A stretch of 64,000 nt of DNA. It comes from Candidatus Marinacidobacterales bacterium. GTDB taxonomy: Bacteria; Acidobacteriota; Vicinamibacteria; Marinacidobacterales; DATDRI01. Positions 1-8,597 of this stretch are shown here, one piece after another. The position numbers and the translations under genes are program-made. Location of the stretch: assembly GCA_965219415.1 (NCBI GenBank), contig CBDCNP010000002.1, forward strand, positions 1,024,001 through 1,088,000. The letters are read 5' to 3'. The notes under the pieces were generated by a model, which was not told the DNA's origin, ran no database searches, and was given only the letters and a program-made list of their open reading frames with translations. Every line of letters begins with the position of its first letter. The stretch's first letter is position 1.

Positions 1-2
1 AT

Positions 3-587
3 CTTCCAATCAAGGGATTCCCGCCTTGGGCGACGCGCCCGGAGGACGCGTCGCACGGTCGCAGCTTCAGCTATTGCACGGCCGGAGTCTTTACTCTTGG
101 GGCGTTGCTATCTCGAGCCACGGATCAACCCGTGCCCGCCTTCGCCCAGCGCCATCTGTTCGATGCACTTGGCATCGAACAGTCGCAGTGGCCGTACTCT
201 CCCCTCGGTCTGGCACAAACGGGTGGAGGTCTTGAGTTGTCTTCCCGGGATCTCCTGAAGCTAGGACAACTGTATGCGAACGGTGGCCGATGGCATGCGC
301 TTCAGGTCGTTTCTCCGAATTGGGTGCGTCGCTCGACGCAGCCGCACGTGCGGATCGATGACGCAACCGAGTATGGGTACCTGTGGTGGCTCCGTTCATT
401 TGAAGCGGGAGGAGCTCACCGTCCCGCGTGGTACATGTCGGGGAACGGCGGGAACAAGGCGGCGATCTTCCCCGAGGAGGAGCTCGTCGTCGTCATCACA
501 AGTACCAACTACAATACGGCCGGGATGCATGAGCAGACGGACCGTCTGCTCACCGAGTATGTTCTGGCAAGCCTCTCGCCACGGTGA
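3..587 (+). CDS. Serine hydrolase (beta-lactamase/AmpC-like family), C-terminal part; 5' end outside the window
   Basis: Frame is open from the window edge (LPIKGFPPWA...FSYC). Motifs LFDALGI, GGLELSSRDLLKLGQLY, YGYLWW and GNGGN...IFPEEELVVVITS. Confidence 0.85.
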   Translation, partial: LPIKGFPPWATRPEDASHGRSFSYCTAGVFTLGALLSRATDQPVPAFAQRHLFDALGIEQSQWPYSPLGLAQTGGGLELSSRDLLKLGQLYANGGRWHALQVVSPNWVRRSTQPHVRIDDATEYGYLWWLRSFEAGGAHRPAWYMSGNGGNKAAIFPEEELVVVITSTNYNTAGMHEQTDRLLTEYVLASLSPR

Positions 588-601
588 TCTAGAAGATCAC
601 C

Positions 602-1556
602 TCACGACGCCGTAGCGGCCTGTTCCCGATAAACCGGTGGCCCACCGGTGACGCTCACGCGCCAGAGGAGCCTTCGCGTTTCCGGAGTCGTGGCCGGATC
701 TTGCAACGTTGCCTTGTGGAGCGTGGAATAGGTGTCCCGCGCCGCGATATCGCCGACGGCGTAGTCATGGCTGGTCAGGAACTGCGGCTGCAGGACGTGG
801 GCCTTGAGCTCGTCGAGCAGGTCCAAGGCCTCATCGTCGGGCATCCCGACGATGCCGAACGAGCTTCCGGCAACGCCGTAGAGCGACTTGCGTCCCGTGA
901 CATGGTGACGCTGGACCAAGGGGTGGAATACGTTCTTCACGTTTTTCTTTTGTTCCGGCGTGAGCCTTCTCCGCCGAGGTCCGAGAGTTCTCATCCATGT
1001 CGGCGCGATTGCCATAGTGGTGAAGGACCGTCATGTCGTCGATGCGTTTCTTCATGGAGTCCGCCAAGGCATCGTACGCGCCGAACGTGTCGGCAAAATT
1101 AGTCGGGCATTCCCCGTTTGGGCATTCGATCGCGTAAACGATGGTGGAGCTGTTCGGCGGATCGCGGTAGGCGACGTCGGTATGCCAGAATGCGGCCCCC
1201 TCGAAAACGCCAAGGGGTCTTCCTTCTTCGAAAACGTTCGACAGCATGAGAATTGCCGGGTGCCCTCTCAGACGGAGGTGGTTCAAGAAGTGAGGGTCCT
1301 GGCGACCGAAGCACTTGGTGAGCCCGTCGAACTGCTCGAATTCGAGCTTTTGGTTCCGGACGACGATCACCTGGTTTTTATGGAAGACGTCGAAGAACTC
1401 CCTTTGGGCGTGGTCGTCCATGGGCTGAGAGAGGTCGACGCCCAAGATCTCGACGCCGAAGGGACCGGGTAAAGGTTTTGCCTCCAACGTAACGTTCCTC
1501 CCACGCTTAGAAGGACTGGCCAGGACACTCCACCGAACTTGACGAAACGACAACAA
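602..1556 (-). CDS. TauD/TfdA family Fe(II)/2-oxoglutarate dioxygenase, split by one frameshift near 975
   Basis: ORF 831..1556 has GVEILGVDL, WHTD (HxD) and TNFAD..AYDAL. ORF 602..1015 has HPLVQRHHVTGRKSLY, TLHKA and RRLLWRVSV. True start is probably near 1490. Confidence 0.85.
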
Positions 1557-1617
1557 TATTACTAGTCTGAGCTACTATGAATGTCAAGATCGTCCAGGCT
1601 GACGAAAGGCATCACCG

Positions 1618-2394
1618 ATGAGACTGACGACGTCTCGAATCAGGGAAATGAAGGGCACCAAACCGATCGTGATGGTGACGGCGTACGATGCCTGGATGGC
1701 GGGCGTGGTCGATGGCGCGGTGGACACAATACTGGTCGGGGATTCCCTCGGGATCGTGGTGCAGGGCCACAGCAACACGCTACCCGTCACGCTGGACGAA
1801 ACGATCTATCACACCAGGATGGTCATGCGGGGCTCTCAACACGCTATGGTAATTGCCGACCTTCCTTTCATGAGCTACCAAGCGACCGTCGATGACGCGG
1901 TTCGTTCCGGCGGGCGCTGTCTAAAGGAAGGTGGCGCGCAAGCGGTGAAGGTCGAAGGCGGGCAAACCATCCTCGCACAAGTGCGGGCGATGGTAGGACA
2001 TGGCATTCCCGTGGTCGGACACCTCGGGCTGACACCTCAGTCGGTCAACGTCCTCGACGGATTCACTCAACAGGGGGGCACCGAGTCCGCCGCGAACGAG
2101 ATCGTCGAGAGCGCTCGGGCTCTCGACGATGCGGGGATCTTCATGCTCGTCTTGGAGGCCGTGCCAGATGAAGTCGCGCAAAGGGTAACTAAGGAAGTAT
2201 CGGTACCCACGATCGGAATCGGAGCCGGGCCTCATTGTGACGGGCAGGTTCAGGTTTTTCACGACCTCTTTGCACTACGCCCGACTCCGACGGGCGATTG
2301 GGCCCGCAGTTATGTCGACGCGGGCCAGCAACTCCGTCAAACGATCGCGCAATACGCGGAGGAAGTGCGGAGCGGTGCGTTCGCCGCTCGCTAA
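1618..2394 (+). CDS. panB: 3-methyl-2-oxobutanoate hydroxymethyltransferase
   Basis: MVTAYDA, ILVGDSLG, ADLPFMSY, AVKVEGG, GHLGLTPQS and PTIGIGAG..CDGQV motifs. Confidence 0.95.
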   Translation: MRLTTSRIREMKGTKPIVMVTAYDAWMAGVVDGAVDTILVGDSLGIVVQGHSNTLPVTLDETIYHTRMVMRGSQHAMVIADLPFMSYQATVDDAVRSGGRCLKEGGAQAVKVEGGQTILAQVRAMVGHGIPVVGHLGLTPQSVNVLDGFTQQGGTESAANEIVESARALDDAGIFMLVLEAVPDEVAQRVTKEVSVPTIGIGAGPHCDGQVQVFHDLFALRPTPTGDWARSYVDAGQQLRQTIAQYAEEVRSGAFAAR

Positions 2395-2480
2395 GCTGTA
2401 AGAGCTCTCGCCTCTCTCCGAGAGACATCTTGTAATCCCCACACTTGTTTCTCCACCGGCGTTCGTGTACATGGACGGAC

Positions 2481-3803
2481 ATGGAGAAGAACCGGGAGTT
2501 CTTTGGCACACGGCTTGGCTTCGTGCTCGCGGCGGCGGGGAGCGCCGTCGGGCTCGGGAACATGTGGCGGTTTCCCTACCAAACAGCCGAAGGAGGCGGT
2601 GCCGCCTTCGTTTTGCTGTACATTCTTATGACCTTTCTCATCGGTGTGCCGATCATGGCGGCGGAGTTCGCGGTTGGGCGGCGGAGCCGGCTTTCTCCCA
2701 TCGGCGCCCTTCGGAAGCTCGGTGGCGTTCGTTGGGTTCCACTTGGCTGGCTCCTCACTTTCACACCGCTCGTCATCCTGGCTTACTTTTCCGTCGTGTG
2801 CGGCTGGTCGCTAAGGTACGCCTTGGACGCGCTCGGGGGGTTCGCCTCTTCGCCCGGCGATCGGTATGCCGAGGTGTCGACCGGGCTCCCCGCCATCGAG
2901 TTCCACCTCATTTTGATGGCGGTGACCATCTTGATCGTCATGGCGGGCGTGCGGAAGGGGATCGAACGAGCCGGCCTCATCTTGATGCCCACCCTCTTCA
3001 TCATCCTCATCGGCCTGACGCTGTGGGCGGCCACTCTCTCGGGTTCCGATCAGGGTTACGCATTCTACCTACGGCCATCCCTCGATGCGCTCCTGGATCC
3101 TGCGGTTTTCCAGCAGGCCGCGGGCCAGGCCTTTCTTTCGCTGAGTGTCGGCATGGGGATCATGATCACCTACGGGTCCTACCTCCCGCGCCGGGAAAAC
3201 GTCAATCAGGAAGCGGTCCTGGTCTCACTCTCCGACTTCTCGGTGGCATTTATCGCCGGCCTCATCGTCTTTCCGGTGATCTTTGCCCTCGGTCTCTCCG
3301 ATCAGGTGGGCGACAGCACGATTGGCACGCTCTTCATCTCACTCCCCGGGGCTTTTTATGAGATGGGGACAGGGGGCCGGGTGGTGGGCTTTGTCTTCTT
3401 CGTCGCCCTGGTGGTGGCAGGGCTTACCTCTTCATTCTCGCTCTTGGAGGTGGGCACGGCTTCGTTCATGGACGAGTTCAAGCTTTCGCGGAAGACGGCG
3501 GCGGCCATCGCCGGCATCGGCGCCGCCATTGCCGGTCTTTTTCCCGCCCTGTCTCAGAACACCCTCGGGGTATTGGACAAGGTCGTGGGTGAGCTTCTCG
3601 TAGTGGCAGGCGTTCTAGGGGTGGCGCTCTTCATCGGGTGGGCCATGGAGCATCCGGAGTCCGAGCTCTTGGAAGGAACGTCGCCGCTCTTTCGTCGACT
3701 CGTTCCCGTTGCGATGTTCTTGTTGCGCTATGTGATTCCCCCGTTCATCGGCGTGGTGTTGTGGTTCAGCTTCAAAGACACGGTCGCGCTCGTGTTCGAT
3801 TGA
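2481..3803 (+). CDS. Sodium-dependent transporter, NSS/SNF family
   Basis: GFVLAAAGSAVGLGNMWRFPY, QAFLSLSVGMGIMITYGSY and many hydrophobic helices. Confidence 0.93.
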   Translation: MEKNREFFGTRLGFVLAAAGSAVGLGNMWRFPYQTAEGGGAAFVLLYILMTFLIGVPIMAAEFAVGRRSRLSPIGALRKLGGVRWVPLGWLLTFTPLVILAYFSVVCGWSLRYALDALGGFASSPGDRYAEVSTGLPAIEFHLILMAVTILIVMAGVRKGIERAGLILMPTLFIILIGLTLWAATLSGSDQGYAFYLRPSLDALLDPAVFQQAAGQAFLSLSVGMGIMITYGSYLPRRENVNQEAVLVSLSDFSVAFIAGLIVFPVIFALGLSDQVGDSTIGTLFISLPGAFYEMGTGGRVVGFVFFVALVVAGLTSSFSLLEVGTASFMDEFKLSRKTAAAIAGIGAAIAGLFPALSQNTLGVLDKVVGELLVVAGVLGVALFIGWAMEHPESELLEGTSPLFRRLVPVAMFLLRYVIPPFIGVVLWFSFKDTVALVFD

Positions 3804-3822
3804 ATGGGGGGGTTGAGAGAAT

Positions 3823-5359
3823 TCAGGCGGTATCAATGTGTTCCGCCAAGCGCGCCGCGAGAGCGCCCACTGTGAGTGTCGGGTTCGTCGCCGTCACATT
3901 GGGATACACGGCATTCGAGCACACATACAAGTTGTCAGTACCGTGAACGCGTAGGTTCTCGTCGACCACCCCCTCCGTGTCCGAGCTACTCATTCGACAG
4001 GTCGATGCGGCATGCGCACCGGTTGGCCCGCCAATTTCAACGTTGATACTGTCTTCATCGCAGCCCGCCGCCTTCAAAATCTCGATCAGGTTCTGTGCAT
4101 ACGATTGGTGGGTCTTCTTAGTAACTTCATTGACACCAAAATCTATTCTCGTACCACGCAGCCGAACTTGGCCGTATCGGCGCCGAGACTGACTCTGTTT
4201 TCGGGGCTCTCGAACTGTTCAAGCGAGGCATAGAATGCCAAATGCATGCCCGATGCCATTTTGGCGTCGATCTCAGACCGTGACGAGTTGGCCAAAATTT
4301 CTCCTGTCAGACGCGTCTTGCTCTCATCCCCAACCCGGGCAATCAGCATCTTGCCTTTCCTCTGATATTTCGGTGTATCGAAATGCCGGCAAGCCAAGGT
4401 GACGAAGCTAAGTTCCTGCTCGATTTTTTCGGGATTCCCCGGTCGGAAACCCTCAGCGTAGAGAAGTGGATGGCCGAGTAGATGGCGGCCGACATGCCCC
4501 GAATCATTGCCAATACCCTCCGTCCAATCCGCATTGGCAGAGGCCAACAGTAGTTTGGTCGACTCGACCGTACCGCTGCACAAAGCGACGCAGTCCCCTT
4601 CCGTCGATTCCGTGGCGCCCGTTCTGCGATTCAAGAAGCGGACTCCCCGCGACTTTTTCTTACCATCCATCAGTACGCTCACTACCGGGGCTTCCGTCCG
4701 TATATCCAGTTTGCTGCCATGTTCGTCTTTTAGTTGAGCCAGATATCGATTGCAGCAGAGTATCGGGCGTTGACGGGGCAATACCGGCACGTGCCGGTGG
4801 TCACACACTTATCGCCGTTCCTCGCCATCGGCATGTGTGAGTACGACATGCCCAGCTTCTCGAGCGCCTCGATGACAGGCATGTCGTTCAATGTGTAGGG
4901 AGCCGCCGGGAACGGAAACCGGTCACCATACCGTGGCGGGTCATCGTCATCCGAGTCCCCCTCGATTCCCATCAGAGACTCCGCTTGCGTATAAAACGGC
5001 GCCAGCTCGTCATAGGTAATGGGCCAGTCGGCGCCAACTCCGGTTCGGGATTTCAGCTCGAAGTCTTCGGGTTTGAAGCGCAGGCTCCACCCACCCCAGT
5101 GATTGGTGGTGCCACCCTTCACGAAAAGCCTCGAACCCCGAAGTGGCAGTCGTTCGTTTTCCGTCCGCGGATCTTCCCAAAACGCATCCCAAGGGTTCGC
5201 GTGCGCCATCAGGTGATCGAGCCATTTGCGGTGGCTGACCGCCCCGATATCGGGGCCCGCCTCGAACATCGTAATTTGATAGTTCTTTTTCGTTTCGAGG
5301 AGCCGTCTCGCCAGCAATGCACCGGCCACGCCCGAACCGACGATAAGGACGGATTTCAT
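3823..5359 (-). CDS. GMC family FAD oxidoreductase large subunit, split by two frameshifts (~4735, ~4160)
   Basis: N-terminal VLIVGSGVAG, GGTTNHWGG, Cys cluster CVTTGTCRYCP, and C-terminal HAASTCRM...GVVDENLRVHG..NLYV..NPTLT. Spread over ORFs 4730..5359, 4143..4808 and 3823..4077. Confidence 0.88.
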
Positions 5360-5361
5360 CT

Positions 5362-5952
5362 CTAGCGGTTCCCTCGCCTATAGCTCGTAGGTTCCGTGTA
5401 GGCGCCGCCGAAATAGCCGGTGTAGTTCCACAGACCGAAACTCTTGAACCCACCCGATATTGGAATCTGGTGGGTGACGATTTCAGAGAAGACGAACTTC
5501 CTCGCGCGTCCTAGTTTCGTATGAGAAAAACTGTCGCCGTCGAACTCCGAGAACAGGAGGGATGCCCAGGCTTGTTCGACGCTTTCACTTTTGCGAACCA
5601 GCAAGTTGATCAGCTCGACTGCATTCTCATATTCCGTCAGATAGCTGGGCTCTTCTTCCGTCTTGAAACCGAGATCGGCTCTTAGTTGCTGTAGATAGTC
5701 GTCCAGATTCGCCTTCAGTTCCCATACCTGGTCAACGTAGCGGCACAGCGTCGACAAGGTGTCGAAGTCCGCCTGTTTCAATGTACCGGTCCGTGTCTCA
5801 TCGACGGGCAGGTCGGAATCACTCACGAACTCCAGCAATCGGCCGGCATCGTCATCACCCAGCTCGACACATCCAAACGGCAGGGCGGCTAATACGCCGG
5901 CGGAAAGCCCCATTTTGAGGAGTTGACGTCTATCGATCCTCAAAGTGTTCAT
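5362..5952 (-). CDS. Tat-exported (lipo)protein, probable small 'hitchhiker' subunit of the GMC enzyme
   Basis: DRRQLLK twin-arginine motif, hydrophobic stretch and LPFGC possible lipobox. Lies 2 nt upstream of the GMC gene, with an RBS (GGAG). Confidence 0.65.
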   Translation of the reverse strand: MNTLRIDRRQLLKMGLSAGVLAALPFGCVELGDDDAGRLLEFVSDSDLPVDETRTGTLKQADFDTLSTLCRYVDQVWELKANLDDYLQQLRADLGFKTEEEPSYLTEYENAVELINLLVRKSESVEQAWASLLFSEFDGDSFSHTKLGRARKFVFSEIVTHQIPISGGFKSFGLWNYTGYFGGAYTEPTSYRRGNR

Positions 5953-6037
5953 ATTCGACTCCTTCTTTTGTCAAGGGTTCTAGCGAACTAGGACCATTTC
6001 CTCGTCGACAGGAGACAGGTACTCGACTCCGTTATGG

Positions 6038-7117
6038 GTGACGATGGCGTTGTCTTCGAAATTGATGCTGATGCGCCTTTGGCTGGCACTGCTCCTAGTC
6101 GCGGAAGTCGTCTGCGCGCAGACACCCTCCGATCAGATTCCCTTCAAGCTTGGCACCTTCGAGCTCGAAGGCCGTCAGTTCGTGGGTGCGGTCGTTCGAG
6201 ACTCAACCGTCGTCGATCTCTCGAAGGCCAGTGAACTCCTCATAGCTCTGGACATGAGGGAGTTGATCGAGCGCTACGAACTCGACGGCCTGCGGCAACG
6301 AGTCTATCAGATAGTGAACGAAGTCGATCGCGCTTCCCGAACCGGGGAAGCGCTGGCTTACGTCCACGACCTCGACTCACTCGAAATTCGACCGCCGATC
6401 GTGTATCCGGAGACCATGCTCAACGCCGCCGTCAACTACAAGGCGCATCAAGAGGAGATGGCGTCGCGCAGAGAGGTGCCTGATCCCTCGGACGCCGAAG
6501 CCCCCGAATCCATTCCGTACATCTGGGAGCGGAAGCCCGGCGACACCCGGCACAACCCCTATCTTTTCCCGAAGCCGAGGACGGCGATCATCGCCGACGG
6601 CGAGAGTATCCGCATGGCTCCCGGCCGCGACGAGTTAGACTGGGAATGCGAGCTCGCTATCGTAATCGGCCGGCCGGCCAGCCACGTGAGCATCGAAGAA
6701 GCCAACGACCACATCTTCGGCTACACCATCGAGAATGACGTCTCCGATCGCGCTGGGCGAGGCGATGGCCGGCATGGCTCCGACTGGCTGATCGGCAAGG
6801 GACACGACACATATGCGCCCATGGGCCCCTTCATCGTTCCTAAGGAGTTCATCGCGGATCCGATGAACCTAGCGATCAAGTTCACCTTGAACGGCGAAGT
6901 GATGCAGGACTCGAATACGTCCTACATGTGGCACAGTGTCTACGAGCTGGTCCACTATGCTTCCAACATCCTGATGTTGCGGCCGGGCGACGTGGTTGCC
7001 ACCGGAAGCCCCTCGGGAGTGGGAGCCGGTCGCGATCCTCCCGTTTTCATGAAGAAGGGCGACGTAGCGGTCAGCTGGATTGAGGGCATTGGCACCCTCA
7101 CCAACAACGTTCAGTGA
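6038..7117 (+). CDS. Fumarylacetoacetate hydrolase family protein with an N-terminal signal peptide
   Basis: AVNY, PYLFPK, LDWECELAIVIG, GYTIENDVSDR, GKGHDTYAPMGP and PGDVVATGSPSGVG motifs. Confidence 0.9.
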   Translation: MTMALSSKLMLMRLWLALLLVAEVVCAQTPSDQIPFKLGTFELEGRQFVGAVVRDSTVVDLSKASELLIALDMRELIERYELDGLRQRVYQIVNEVDRASRTGEALAYVHDLDSLEIRPPIVYPETMLNAAVNYKAHQEEMASRREVPDPSDAEAPESIPYIWERKPGDTRHNPYLFPKPRTAIIADGESIRMAPGRDELDWECELAIVIGRPASHVSIEEANDHIFGYTIENDVSDRAGRGDGRHGSDWLIGKGHDTYAPMGPFIVPKEFIADPMNLAIKFTLNGEVMQDSNTSYMWHSVYELVHYASNILMLRPGDVVATGSPSGVGAGRDPPVFMKKGDVAVSWIEGIGTLTNNVQ

Positions 7118-7245
7118 GACATGCGGGCTGTTGCTGGTTCTGACGTCAATGGGTACTACTACCCCGGCTTTCGTTTGGCAATGACGAATCTCTCATCGTG
7201 TTAAAGGGGATGTATCGGGAGTCAGCTTTCTCGACTTCAACGCTC

Positions 7246-7450
7246 AAAAAAAAATTCAAAAAAGCCTTGACAGCTTGCGCGCAACAAATTTCCTCGCGAT
7301 GACACCGCCTTCAAAAACATCGCTCACGTTCGCTACGCAGCGTCCTGCTGCATTGACCACGCCTTTTTTTATTTCCGTTCCTTTCGCCGACTGCGGGCGT
7401 TCTAAAACCCCAGAGTAAAATTTCGTTACTAACTCTTCGGGGGAAAGACG
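7246..7450 (+). promoter_or_regulatory. Putative promoter plus structured leader or small RNA upstream of the HNH gene
   Basis: A-tract (UP-like), then TTGACA at 7267, palindrome TTGCGCGCAA, hairpin GCAGC-gtcct-GCTGC (7337-7351), a T7 run ending at 7370, and a stem CCCCAGAGT/ACTCT..GGGG overlapping the RBS. Confidence 0.45.
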
Positions 7451-8535
7451 ATGCTCGAAAGATTCAAGAACTACTTCGGAAAGCTCGAACGTCTGTCTGA
7501 CGGCGAGCTGGATCGGTCCGCCTTCGCTCTTCGAGCTTCGGCGAGGCCAAGCCGAAGCCTTGGCGTAGGCTGGTCGGCGGAGAAACTGGTCTGCGCCGAG
7601 AAACAAAACGTTGCCAAGGTCATCGCCGAGATGTCGAGGCGGAAGGTCGCGCTCGAGCTCGGTTACAAGAGCACGTTTCACTACTGCGTCGAGCGGCTTC
7701 GTCTGAGCGAAGGCTCGGTCGCATCGCGAATACACGTCGCGAATGTCTCGATTCGCTTCCCTCAGCTCCTCGTCGCGCTGGCCGAGAACCGCATCAGTCT
7801 CACGGTTGCGGGACTTCTGGCGCCTCATCTGAGCGAGAACAATGTCGATAAGCTCCTTGGGGATTGCGCCGGGATGACCAAGAAGGCAGTGCTAGAGTAC
7901 CTCGTTCGCATCGAGCCCAAAGCGGTGTTCAAGCCGTCGATCCGAAGACGCCCCGCCAGGCCGCTGCCCGTGGAGCCGGCGCCAGCGCTAGCGGAAAGAC
8001 CAGCGGCCCCTCCGCGCGAGTTGACGACGGGCGATCGTCAGCTGTCGCCGAGCTCGCACAACATCCTCCAGCCAGCCCGGCCCGCCGTGTTTAACTTCAG
8101 GTTCTCGGCCAACCGGAGCTTCAAAGAGAAGTTCGAGCGACTGGCCGAAGTCATGGGCGTCGAGAATGCTCAAAAGCATATGGCGGAGATTTTGGAACAG
8201 GCTCTGGACGTTGCCCTCGATAAGAAAGATCCAAAGAGGAAGCTCGAGCGGCGGAAGGCGAGGCAAATGGCCACCAAAACCACTCCTCGTCCGGAGGAGA
8301 TGTCGGTCGCGGAACCGGCCTTCAGGTGGAACACGAGCGGCCGTTTGCCATCTTTCGCAGCCACGACGAGCGATTCCTTCGGCTTTTGTGCCCTCCCCAC
8401 AATCGCTTGGCGGCCGAACATGTCTACGGGGCGGAATTCATCCAACGGAAGATCGATAAGAGGCGGAAGATCGATGAAAGGCGGGGGCGTCGGGACGTGC
8501 TGGAGCACAAGTCACGGCTCGCTCGAGCTCCATAG
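7451..8535 (+). pseudogene. HNH endonuclease (DUF222-like N-terminus) with an internal deletion or frameshift before the HNH motif
   Basis: N-terminal LERLSDGELD..LVCAEK, LGYKSTFHYCVERLRLSEG and ISLT..LLAPHL. The HNH end (TGLQVEHERPF...LRLLCPPHNRLAAEHVYG) is in a different frame (ORF 8326..8535). Confidence 0.75.
7515..7575. repeat. 57-bp REP-like palindromic element inserted in frame in the HNH gene
   Basis: GGTC direct repeats at 7515-7518 and 7572-7575. Two hairpins, CGCC-ttc-GCTC-ttc-GAGC-ttc-GGCG and AGCC-gaa-GCC-tt-GGC-gta-GGCT. Confidence 0.75.
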
Positions 8536-8597
8536 CAGCTCGCTATCAGCAATGTCGGCGTTCCTGATTACTCGGGGCCAACAGGTTAGTTGATGTT

